Below the pieces are notes generated by a model. The model did not search any database. It was not told the origin of the DNA and saw nothing but the letters and a program-made list of their open reading frames with translations. Position numbers and translations under genes: made by a program. Shown piece after piece: positions 31,912 to 40,641 of a DNA stretch of 62,318 nt (positions are counted from its first letter, which is position 1; every line of letters begins with the position of its first letter). The DNA is from Pseudomonadota bacterium (GTDB lineage Bacteria; Pseudomonadota; Gammaproteobacteria; Burkholderiales; SG8-39), in the NCBI GenBank assembly GCA_018241645.1, contig JAFEDL010000076.1, forward strand, positions 1-62,318, written 5' to 3'.

Positions 31912-32976
31912 ATGAACGCCCCCTTTTCCGGGTTGGAATTGCTGCCCACTGCAGTGGCGGTGCTTGATGCGGATTTAGTCGTCCGCTACGTCAATCCCGC
32001 CGCGGAAAGCCTCCTCGCCACCGCGGTCAAGGGTTTGCTCGGGCAGCCCTTCGTCCCGCTGTTTGATGAACAGTCGGAGCTGGCCAAGACGCTGGCCGAC
32101 GCACTTGCCAGCCACTGGGATTATTCGGCGCAGAGCCTTACCTTCCTGCGCCCGGGCCACGAGCCCCTCGCGCTGGTCGCCATGGTCGCGCATATCGCGC
32201 TGCCCGGGACGCCGTTGCTGGTCGAGCTGCGGCCGATCGAGCAGCAGCTCCGGATTGCGCGGGAAGAGCGCATGGTGGATCAGCAGGCGGCAAACCGCGA
32301 ACTCATCCGGAACCTCGCCCATGAGATCAAGAACCCGCTTGGCGGGCTGCGCGGCTCGGCCCAGCTGCTCGAGCGCGAGCTCGACAAGGCCGAGCTCAAG
32401 GAATACACGCAGGTCATCATCAAGGAGGCGGACCGCCTCCAGGCGCTGATGGACCGCCTTCTGACGCCGCACCGCACTCCGCGGCTCGCGCCGCTGAATG
32501 TCCACGAGATCCTCGAGCGCGTGCGGAGCCTGATCCTGGCCGAATTTTCAGAGGGGATCGCGATCCGGCGCAATTACGACGTCAGCGTGCCCGAGCTGAT
32601 CGGGGACAAGGAGCAGCTGATCCAGGCGATCCTCAACATCGCGCGCAACGCAGCCCAGGCGCTGCGCGCGGGCCGGGCGGCCGGTGTCGGCCCGGCCCGC
32701 GGCACGATTGAATTTCGCACGCGGATCGCCCGCCAGGTCACCATCGTGCGGCGCCGCCACAGGCTGGCACTAGAATTGCAAGTAATCGACGACGGACCCG
32801 GCGTCGCGGAGGATATCCGCGACAAGATTTTCAATCCCCTCGTGTCCGGGCGCGAGGGGGGCAGCGGCCTCGGCCTGTCGCTGGCGCAAACCTTCGTCCA
32901 GTATCACCAGGGGATGATCGAATGCGACAGCCGGCCCGGCCGTACTGTGTTCACAATTCTGCTGCCCCTGGGGTAG
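31912..32976 (+). CDS. glnL: nitrogen regulation sensor histidine kinase NtrB
   Basis: 354 aa with an N-terminal PAS, an H-box (LAHEIKNPLGGLRGSAQLL), an N-box (NIARNAAQA) and a G-box (DDGPGV...GSGLGLS). Confidence 0.9.
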   Translation: MNAPFSGLELLPTAVAVLDADLVVRYVNPAAESLLATAVKGLLGQPFVPLFDEQSELAKTLADALASHWDYSAQSLTFLRPGHEPLALVAMVAHIALPGTPLLVELRPIEQQLRIAREERMVDQQAANRELIRNLAHEIKNPLGGLRGSAQLLERELDKAELKEYTQVIIKEADRLQALMDRLLTPHRTPRLAPLNVHEILERVRSLILAEFSEGIAIRRNYDVSVPELIGDKEQLIQAILNIARNAAQALRAGRAAGVGPARGTIEFRTRIARQVTIVRRRHRLALELQVIDDGPGVAEDIRDKIFNPLVSGREGGSGLGLSLAQTFVQYHQGMIECDSRPGRTVFTILLPLG

Positions 32977-33007
32977 TCCTCCTCGAGCGGCATTTATCTG
33001 GAAACTG

Positions 33008-34405
33008 ATGAAGCCAGTCTGGATCGTCGATGATGATCGCTCCATCCGGTGGGTGTTCGAGAAAGCGCTCGGCCGCGAGGGGATCGCATTCAACTCCTTT
33101 TCCTCCGCCTCCGAGGCGCTGGATGCCCTGAGCAACGGCCCCCCGCAGGTTCTGGTCTCGGATATCCGGATGCCGGGTCCGTCGGGCTTGCAGTTGCTGC
33201 AGACCGTAAAGGAGCGCCATCCCACGGTGCCGGTCATCGTCATGACCGCCTATTCCGACCTCGAGTCAGCCGTCGCGGCATTCCAGGGAGGGGCATATGA
33301 GTACCTCCCCAAGCCATTCGACGTCGACCAGGCGGTGGACCTCATCCGGCGCGCGCTCGACGAGAGCCAGCGCGAAGCGGCCGCCCTTGAGCCGGTGGCC
33401 GAAGCGCCCGAGATCCTGGGCCAGGCGCCGGCGATGCAGGAGGTCTTCCGGGCAATCGGCCGGTTGTCCCAATCCACCGCTACGGTACTCATCACGGGGG
33501 AATCCGGTTCAGGCAAGGAACTGGTGGCGCGGGCATTGCACCGTCATAGTGCGCGCGCATCCAAGCCGTTTGTCGCGATCAATACCGCGGCCATGCCCAA
33601 GGATCTCCTCGAGTCCGAACTGTTCGGCCACGAGCGGGGCTCCTTTACGGGGGCGCAGGCGCAGCGGCGCGGCCGTTTCGAGCAGGCCGAAGGGGGCACG
33701 CTCTTTCTGGACGAGATCGGGGACATGCCTGCCGATCTCCAGACGCGCCTGCTGCGAGTGTTGTCCGACGGAAGTTTTTACCGGGTGGGCGGTCACCAGC
33801 AAATCAAGACCAACGTGCGCGTCATCGCCGCGACCCACCAGAACCTGGATGCGCGGGTCCGCGAAGGGAGTTTTCGCGAAGACTTGTACCACCGGCTGAA
33901 CGTGATTCGCATCCGGCTGCCGGCCATGCGCGAACGCCGTGAAGACATCCCATTGCTTGCCCGGCATTTCCTCGCCCACAGCGCGGGGCAGCTCGGGGTA
34001 GACCCGAAGCGCCTGTCGGATGAAGTGGTCGACCACATTTCGCGCCTGGATTTTCCGGGCAACGTGCGCCAGCTCGAGAACCTGTGCCATTGGCTGACGG
34101 TAATGGCACCGGGACAAGTGATCGAAGTCGGGGACCTGCCGGCCGAGTTTCGGGAGCCGGCTTCCGCCGCAACGGCGTCCGACTGGGTGTCCGCCCTCGA
34201 GCAGGAAGTCGAACGCCGCCTGGGAAGGGGCGAGAGCGGAATCCTGGATCTTCTCGGTCGGCAGTTCGAAAAATCGTTGATCGTCAAAGCCTTGGCGAAG
34301 ACTGGCGGACGACGGATCGAGGCTGCCAACCTGCTTGGCATGGGGCGCAATACGATCACGAGGAAGATCCAGGAACTGGGGATCGAGGGCAAAGACGCTG
34401 ATTAG
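33008..34405 (+). CDS. glnG: nitrogen regulation response regulator NtrC (sigma-54 activator)
   Basis: 465 aa with a receiver domain ([13 protein letters not shown]...DIRMPG), an AAA+ domain ([14 protein letters not shown]-like [14 protein letters not shown]) and a C-terminal Fis-type HTH. Confidence 0.93.
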   Translation: MKPVWIVDDDRSIRWVFEKALGREGIAFNSFSSASEALDALSNGPPQVLVSDIRMPGPSGLQLLQTVKERHPTVPVIVMTAYSDLESAVAAFQGGAYEYLPKPFDVDQAVDLIRRALDESQREAAALEPVAEAPEILGQAPAMQEVFRAIGRLSQSTATVLITGESGSGKELVARALHRHSARASKPFVAINTAAMPKDLLESELFGHERGSFTGAQAQRRGRFEQAEGGTLFLDEIGDMPADLQTRLLRVLSDGSFYRVGGHQQIKTNVRVIAATHQNLDARVREGSFREDLYHRLNVIRIRLPAMRERREDIPLLARHFLAHSAGQLGVDPKRLSDEVVDHISRLDFPGNVRQLENLCHWLTVMAPGQVIEVGDLPAEFREPASAATASDWVSALEQEVERRLGRGESGILDLLGRQFEKSLIVKALAKTGGRRIEAANLLGMGRNTITRKIQELGIEGKDAD

Positions 34406-34418
34406 GCCGGAGCCTTGA

Positions 34419-34449
34419 CCTGAAAATTCCACCATGTGGAATTTTCAGG
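34419..34449. repeat. Perfect palindrome CCTGAAAATTCCAC-cat-GTGGAATTTTCAGG (14-bp arms)
   Basis: Read directly from the sequence. It lies 14 bp after the ntrC stop and 46 bp before the aceB ATG, and is AT-rich relative to its surroundings. Confidence 0.9.
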
Positions 34450-34494
34450 TTGTACAATCCAGCTTATTTTGTGCAAAGCAATAAAGGAATCCCC

Positions 34495-36087
34495 ATGCCC
34501 ACAGCCTTTCCCGCCGGCGTGCAGGTCAGCGCCGCCATCACCCCTGAATTTGCTCAGATTCTGACCCCGGAAGCGCTTGGCTTGGTGGCTTTGCTGCACC
34601 GCGCTTTCGAGCCGCGACGCGCTGACCTCCTGGCCCGCCGTGCTGCACGGCAAAAAGAGTTCGATGCAGGGAAACTTCCCGATTTCCTGCCGGAAACCAA
34701 ATCCATTCGCGATGCGGAATGGAAGATAGCCCCGCAACCTGCGGACATGCTCGACCGCCGGGTGGAGATCACCGGCCCGACCGATCGCAAGATGGTGATC
34801 AATGCGCTGAACTGCGGCGCGTCCACCTTCATGGCGGACTTCGAGGACGCCAACTGCCCGACCTGGTTCAACATGATCGACGGGCAGATCAACATCCGGG
34901 ACGCGGTCCGCCGCACGATAGCGCTCGAGCAGAACGGCAAGCAGTACAAGTTGAACGACAAGACCGCCGTGCTGATCCCGCGCCCGCGCGGCTGGCACCT
35001 GGACGAGAAACACGTCACCGTCGACGGCAAGCCGGTGGCTGGTGGGATTTTCGATTTCGCGCTGCTGTTCTTCCACAACGCGAAGGAACTCCTCAAACGC
35101 GGCAGCGGCCCGTACTACTACCTGCCGAAGATGGAGTCGCACCTCGAAGCCCGGCTGTGGAACGACATCTTCACGCTGGCGCAGAAGGAGGTCGGTGTCC
35201 CGCACGGGACGATCCGCGCGACCGTGCTGATCGAAACGGTGGTCGCCGCATTCGAGATGGACGAAATCCTGTGGGAGCTGAAGGACCACTCCGCCGGCCT
35301 CAACATCGGCCGCTGGGACTACATCTTTTCCTGCATCAAGAAGTTCCGCTCGAACAAGGATTTCTGCCTTGCCGACCGCTCGCAGGTCACGATGACCTCG
35401 CCTTTTATGCGCGCCTACGCCCTCACGCTGGTGAAGACCTGCCACAAGCGCGGCGCCCCGGCGATGGGCGGGATGGCCGCCCAGATCCCGATCAAGAACG
35501 ATCCTGCCGCAAACGAAGCGGCGCTCGAGAAGGTGCGCCAGGACAAGCTGCGAGAAGTGACGGACGGGTGCGACGGCACGTGGGTTGCGCATCCGGCGCT
35601 GGTGCCGATCGCGAAGGAAGTGTTCGACAAGCACATGCCTGCGCCCAACCAGTATGGCAAGCAGCGTCCGGACGTGAACTACGGCGCGAAGGATCTGCTC
35701 GATTTCAAGCCGGAGGCGCCGATCACGGAGGCCGGCCTGCGCAACAATATCTCGGTCGGCATCCAATACCTGGGTGCCTGGCTCGCCGGGAACGGATGCG
35801 TGCCCGTATTCAACCTCATGGAGGATGCCGCGACGGCGGAGATCTCGCGCTCGCAGATCTGGCAGTGGATCCGCAGCGAGAAGGGCCGGCTCGACGATGG
35901 CCGCAAGGTCACAACCGAGCTCTTCCGCACCTTGCTTGCCGACGAATTGCCGAAAGTGAAGACCTACCTGGGCGAGGCTGCCTGGAAGGAAGGGAGGTAC
36001 GAGGAGGGCGCGAAGCTGTTCGACAGGATCACCACCGGCGATTACGTCGAATTCCTCACCTTGCCGGCCTACGCGGCAATCGACTAG
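34495..36087 (+). CDS. aceB: malate synthase A
   Basis: The ATG at 34495 is preceded by AAGGAA. It is 530 aa with [12 protein letters not shown] and the catalytic-region block [13 protein letters not shown] typical of AceB. Confidence 0.93.
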   Translation: MPTAFPAGVQVSAAITPEFAQILTPEALGLVALLHRAFEPRRADLLARRAARQKEFDAGKLPDFLPETKSIRDAEWKIAPQPADMLDRRVEITGPTDRKMVINALNCGASTFMADFEDANCPTWFNMIDGQINIRDAVRRTIALEQNGKQYKLNDKTAVLIPRPRGWHLDEKHVTVDGKPVAGGIFDFALLFFHNAKELLKRGSGPYYYLPKMESHLEARLWNDIFTLAQKEVGVPHGTIRATVLIETVVAAFEMDEILWELKDHSAGLNIGRWDYIFSCIKKFRSNKDFCLADRSQVTMTSPFMRAYALTLVKTCHKRGAPAMGGMAAQIPIKNDPAANEAALEKVRQDKLREVTDGCDGTWVAHPALVPIAKEVFDKHMPAPNQYGKQRPDVNYGAKDLLDFKPEAPITEAGLRNNISVGIQYLGAWLAGNGCVPVFNLMEDAATAEISRSQIWQWIRSEKGRLDDGRKVTTELFRTLLADELPKVKTYLGEAAWKEGRYEEGAKLFDRITTGDYVEFLTLPAYAAID

Positions 36088-36096
36088 CCGGCACCC

Positions 36097-36861
36097 CTAC
36101 GCAAGCTCGGCGATGACCGGGGTGTGGTCGCTGGGCCGCTCGAGCTTGCGCGGGGCCTTGTCGATGGTGCACGCGGTGCAACGCGCCGCAAGCGCCGGCG
36201 ACAGCAGCACGAAGTCGATGCGCAAACCGGCATTCCTGCGAAAGCCCATCATCCGGTAGTCCCACCAGGAATAGCTCTTCTCCGGCTGCTCGAACAGGCG
36301 GAACGAATCCTTGAGCCCCAGCCCTAGGAGCGCGCGAAATGCCTCGCGCTCCGGCCCGGACACGTGGACCTGGCCTTCCCAGGCCTTGGGGTCGTGGACG
36401 TCGCGGTCCTCGGGGGCAATATTCAGGTCGCCGAGTACCGCCAGGTGCGGGTGGCGCGCGAGTTCAGAGCCCAGCCACTCGCGCAGCGCCGCGTACCACC
36501 GGAGCTTGTACTCGTACTTGTCCGATCCGACCGCCTGGCCGTTCGGCGCGTATAGGCATACAACCCGCGCCCCACCCACCGTTGCTGCAATCACGCGCCT
36601 TTGCTCATCCTCGAATCCGGGTATGCCGGTTTGCACATCGTCAAGCGGAGTCCGGGCGAGGATCGCCACCCCGTTGTAGGTCTTCTGCCCCGAACATGCC
36701 GCCGAGTAGCCGGCGGCTGCGAGCTCGTCACGCGGGAATTTCGCATCCTCCAGCTTGAGTTCCTGCAGGCAGACCACGTCGGGTTGCGCGGCCTGCAGCC
36801 AATCGGTGAGATGCGGGAGCCGGACCTTGAGCGAGTTGACGTTCCAGGTCGCCAGTTTCAT
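36097..36861 (-). CDS. xthA: exodeoxyribonuclease III
   Basis: 254 aa with [21 protein letters not shown] and a C-terminal SDHTPV, all ExoIII/AP-endonuclease family motifs. Confidence 0.93.
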   Translation of the reverse strand: MKLATWNVNSLKVRLPHLTDWLQAAQPDVVCLQELKLEDAKFPRDELAAAGYSAACSGQKTYNGVAILARTPLDDVQTGIPGFEDEQRRVIAATVGGARVVCLYAPNGQAVGSDKYEYKLRWYAALREWLGSELARHPHLAVLGDLNIAPEDRDVHDPKAWEGQVHVSGPEREAFRALLGLGLKDSFRLFEQPEKSYSWWDYRMMGFRRNAGLRIDFVLLSPALAARCTACTIDKAPRKLERPSDHTPVIAELA

Positions 36862-37430
36862 TTCTGCGCGGCGGGCGGGGCCGCGGTCCCGTTTGCCGCC
36901 GGCTTGTAGTCTTCGGGCATCGGCGGGGCGGCCTGCTTCAACGGCGGCACCATCCCGGTCTTCGGGTAGCCGCCAATATCGAGCGCGCGATCGAATGCGC
37001 CCTGCTCAAATCCTGTCTGCACCCTGCTGCCGACCACCAGCACCGGAACCTCCCTGCCATTGGAGATCTTGCGCAATTCGGCATTGGTGTTCTCGTCCCA
37101 CACCTGCACTTCCTTGAACGGGACGCCCCGCGCGTTCAGGGCTTCGCGCGCCTTGTCGCAGCTCACGCCGCAGGGCGGCGAAGTGTAAAGCGTCACGGGG
37201 GCGTCCTTGACGGCGCGCGTAAGCTCAAAGGGCACCACCGTGCCGACCACGCTGCCCTTGAGGTTCTTCTTCTGGACGTCCTTCGCGGAAGGCGGCGGCG
37301 GCGTATCCGAATACTGGACCCGGCCCTTCTCGTCCACCCACCTGTACTGCTGGGCAATCGAGGGCATTGCGGCCGCCAACAAAAGGAGCGCGCCGAGCGC
37401 TGAAAGCCGGATTGATATGGACGGCTGCAT
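36858..37430 (-). CDS. secreted DUF4124-like / glutaredoxin-like fusion protein
   Basis: 190 aa with a signal peptide ([18 protein letters not shown]), a [14 protein letters not shown] block, and a thioredoxin-fold segment ([32 protein letters not shown] ... [16 protein letters not shown]). Its stop overlaps the xthA start (ATGA). Confidence 0.7.
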   Translation of the reverse strand: MQPSISIRLSALGALLLLAAAMPSIAQQYRWVDEKGRVQYSDTPPPPSAKDVQKKNLKGSVVGTVVPFELTRAVKDAPVTLYTSPPCGVSCDKAREALNARGVPFKEVQVWDENTNAELRKISNGREVPVLVVGSRVQTGFEQGAFDRALDIGGYPKTGMVPPLKQAAPPMPEDYKPAANGTAAPPAAQK

Positions 37431-37448
37431 GTCAATTGCTCCGCAGAG

Positions 37449-39506
37449 TCACGCGGGAATCATACCATTGTGACGCAGCAGGGCATCGACCTGCGGGTCC
37501 CGGCCGCGGAACGCGCGGAACGACTCTGCCGCCGGCCGGCTTCCCCCGACAGCCAGCACCTCGTCGCGGAAGCGCGCCCCGGTCAGTCCGTCCAGGACAC
37601 CGCGCAGCGCGCGCATTTCCTCGAACGCGCTGAACGCATCTGCCGAGAGAACTTCGGCCCATTTGTAGCTGTAGTAGCCGGCGGCATAACCGCCCGCGAA
37701 GATATGGGAGAAGTTGTTAGGGAAGCGGTTGTAGGCCGGCGGCAACACCACCGCGACTTCCTTCCTGACAGCATCGAGCACGTCCTGCGCACTGCGGCCC
37801 GAGCCGGGTGCAAAGTCGTAATGCAGGTGCATGTCGAACAACGAGAACTCGATCTGGCGCAGCATGCCCAGGCCGGACTGGAAATTCTTGGCCGCCAGCA
37901 TCTTGTCGAACAACTCGCGGGGCAGCGGCGCGCCCGAGTCTACATGCTTCGTCATGTGCTCGAGCACTTCCCATTCCCAGCAGAAATTCTCCATGAACTG
38001 GCTCGGCAACTCGACCGCGTCCCACTCCACGCCGTTGATCCCCGAGACGCCGAGGTCCTCGATTTTCGTCAGCAGGTGGTGGAGGCCGTGGCCGAACTCG
38101 TGGAACAGGGTGATGACGTCGTCATGCGTGAAGAGAGCCGGCTTTGCGCCCACCGGCCCGGAAAAATTGCAGTTGAGGTACGCGACCGGGGTCTGGATGC
38201 CCGCGCCCTTGCGGCGGCGCGTGATCGCGCCGTCCATCCAGGCTCCGCCGCGCTTGGTTTCGCGCGCGTAAAGGTCCATGTAGAACTGCCCGATCAGGCT
38301 GCCGGATTCGTTGCGGATGTCGAAGAAGCGCACATCCTTGTGCCAGACGGGCGCGGCGGACTCGGCGATGCGGATGCCGTAGAGCGTCTCCACGAGCTTG
38401 AACATTCCCGGCACCACCTGGGATTCCGGGAAATACTGCTTCACTTCCTGGTCCGAGAACGAGTAACGCTCGGCGCGCAGCTTCTCTGAGGCGTAGGCCA
38501 TGTCCCAGGCCTCGAGCGTCGACAAGCCCAGCTCGCGGCGCGCGTATTCCCTGAGCTCGGCAAGGTCGCGCTCGGCGAACGGCCGTGCGCGGCGGGCCAG
38601 GTCGTGCAGGAACTCCAGCACCTGAGCCGGAGTCCGGGCCATTTTCGGCACCAGGGAGACCTCGGCGAAATTGGCATAGCCCAGCAGCGCAGCATCCTCC
38701 TTGCGCAACTCAAGGATGCGCGCGATCAAGGGAGTATTGTCCCATTCGGGCTTGCCGAATTCCGAGGCGCGGGTGGCGTTGGCGCGATAGAACATCTCGC
38801 GCAGGGCGCGATCGTCGGCGTATTGCATCACCGGGAGGTAGGACGGCATCTGCAGCGTGAATTTCCAGCCGGGCTTGCCGTCCTTCCCGGCGGCCTCTCG
38901 GGCAGTCTGGATCGCATCGGCCGGAATGCCCGCCAGGCGCTTCTCGTCCTCGAGCACGACCGAGTAGGCGTTGGTCGCGTCCAGCACGTTTTCGGAGAAC
39001 TTCGCCGACAGCGAGGCAAGCTCGTCCTGGATCGCGGCATATCGCGGCTTCTGCTCGGCCGGCAGTTCGGCCCCGCCGAGGCGGAAATCGCGCAGCGCGT
39101 TGTCCACCAGCTTCTTGCGCGCGGGCACGAGGGCCGCGAATTCCGCGGAATCCTTCAACGCGCGGTACTTGTCGAACAAGCGCTGGTTCTGGCCGAGTTC
39201 GGTCCAGAACTGGGTGATCTTCGGCAGGTCGGCGTTGTATGCGGCGCGCAGTTCGGGGCTGTCCATTACCGAGTGCAGATGCTCCACCTGGCCCCAGGCT
39301 CGCGATAGCCGCTCGGTCGCATCCTCCAGCGGGCCCACGAATGCGTCCCAGGTCGCCGCAACGCCGTCGGCGGAAATCCGCCCGATCGTGGCGCGCGCCT
39401 CCGCGAGCAGCTGGTCCATGGCCGGCGAAACGTGGGCGGGCTTGAACTCCGCAAAGCGCGGCAGTCCGGAAAAATCGAGGAGCGGGTTTGCGATTGCGGT
39501 ATTCAC
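37449..39506 (-). CDS. prlC: oligopeptidase A (M3 family zinc metallopeptidase)
   Basis: The GTG at 39506 is preceded by AGGAA. It is 685 aa with the HExxH motif LFHEFGHGLHH. The remaining 5' part of ORF 37449..39959 overlaps folD and is rejected. Confidence 0.92.
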   Translation of the reverse strand: MNTAIANPLLDFSGLPRFAEFKPAHVSPAMDQLLAEARATIGRISADGVAATWDAFVGPLEDATERLSRAWGQVEHLHSVMDSPELRAAYNADLPKITQFWTELGQNQRLFDKYRALKDSAEFAALVPARKKLVDNALRDFRLGGAELPAEQKPRYAAIQDELASLSAKFSENVLDATNAYSVVLEDEKRLAGIPADAIQTAREAAGKDGKPGWKFTLQMPSYLPVMQYADDRALREMFYRANATRASEFGKPEWDNTPLIARILELRKEDAALLGYANFAEVSLVPKMARTPAQVLEFLHDLARRARPFAERDLAELREYARRELGLSTLEAWDMAYASEKLRAERYSFSDQEVKQYFPESQVVPGMFKLVETLYGIRIAESAAPVWHKDVRFFDIRNESGSLIGQFYMDLYARETKRGGAWMDGAITRRRKGAGIQTPVAYLNCNFSGPVGAKPALFTHDDVITLFHEFGHGLHHLLTKIEDLGVSGINGVEWDAVELPSQFMENFCWEWEVLEHMTKHVDSGAPLPRELFDKMLAAKNFQSGLGMLRQIEFSLFDMHLHYDFAPGSGRSAQDVLDAVRKEVAVVLPPAYNRFPNNFSHIFAGGYAAGYYSYKWAEVLSADAFSAFEEMRALRGVLDGLTGARFRDEVLAVGGSRPAAESFRAFRGRDPQVDALLRHNGMIPA

Positions 39507-39520
39507 GGTCGATTCCTGCT

Positions 39521-40375
39521 TCAGTACTGCTTGCGTTGTTGGGCGGCGTGCAGCGTATTGGCCACCAGCATCGCCACCGTCATCGGCCCTACGCCGCCCG
39601 GGACCGGAGTGATACTGCCGGCCACTGCCCTCACCGCCTCGAAGTCCACGTCTCCGCGAAGCTTCCCATCGGGCTGCCGGTTGGTGCCCACGTCGATCAC
39701 GCAGGCGCCTGGTTTGACCATGTCCGCGCCGATCAGGTTCGTGCGGCCTACGGCCGCGACGAGGATATCCGCCCTGCGCGTGTGAGCTGCGAGTTCGGGT
39801 GTCTTGGAATGGCAGATGGTGACGGTAGCGTCCTTTTGCAAGAGCAGCAGTGCCATGGGCTTGCCCACGATGTTGCTGCGGCCGACCACCACCGCATGCC
39901 GTCCTGCGATCGGAATAGCCTCCTTCTCGAGCAGGTACATGATCCCGGCGGGCGTGCACGGCACGAAATGCGGTGCGCCGATGAGCAGCGCCCCGGCGCT
40001 GTGCACATGGAATCCGTCGACATCCTTTTCCGGAACCACCGCCGCGAGCACCCGCGCCTCGTCTATGTGAGGGGGCAGGGGAAGCTGGACCAGGATGCCG
40101 TCGATGCGCGGATCGGCGTTCAGTTCCCGTACTCGCGCGAGGAGCGCGGACTCGTCGGCATCCGCGGGGAATTCGTGCAACTGCGAAAGCACGCCGGCTT
40201 CCTCGCAGGCGCGCACCTTGTTGCGCACGTAAGTGCGCGATGCGGGATTGTCCCCGACCATGATGACGGCCAGGCCCGGCTGCACGCCGCGCGCTGCGAG
40301 GGCGGCAACGGAGGACTTCAGTTCGGCGCGCAGTGCGGCAGCGTGCGCCTTTCCATCAATGATGCGAGCGGTCAT
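39521..40375 (-). CDS. folD: bifunctional methylenetetrahydrofolate dehydrogenase / methenyl-THF cyclohydrolase
   Basis: The start [13 protein letters not shown] gives 284 aa, with the FolD blocks [24 protein letters not shown] and [13 protein letters not shown]. Confidence 0.95.
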   Translation of the reverse strand: MTARIIDGKAHAAALRAELKSSVAALAARGVQPGLAVIMVGDNPASRTYVRNKVRACEEAGVLSQLHEFPADADESALLARVRELNADPRIDGILVQLPLPPHIDEARVLAAVVPEKDVDGFHVHSAGALLIGAPHFVPCTPAGIMYLLEKEAIPIAGRHAVVVGRSNIVGKPMALLLLQKDATVTICHSKTPELAAHTRRADILVAAVGRTNLIGADMVKPGACVIDVGTNRQPDGKLRGDVDFEAVRAVAGSITPVPGGVGPMTVAMLVANTLHAAQQRKQY

Positions 40376-40428
40376 GCGCAGGGTGTGGACGGGAGCCGAA
40401 AAGGGCCCGAAGTTTAGCATTCGGCCGG

Positions 40429-40457
40429 TTGCATATAACGGAATCGTATTTTACAAT
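40429..40457 (+). promoter_or_regulatory. sigma-70-like promoter TTGCAT-N17-TACAAT facing aceE
   Basis: The hexamers and 17-nt spacer were read from the sequence. This would give a ~180-nt aceE leader. Confidence 0.45.
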
Positions 40458-40641
40458 ATGAAAAATCGGAAATCGACCCGGCTTCCGGTGCGGCAACGCG
40501 GGTATCGCGACCGGCGTTTGCGCGTTTGTGCGGGTCACTTGAACGTATTAAGCTTCGACGGAAATTCCAGAGCGGTACGGGTTCGAGAAATCCGCGTCCG
40601 CGCCCTCGATCGACAGAGCAAAGCCGCAAGCTGGAGGACTC

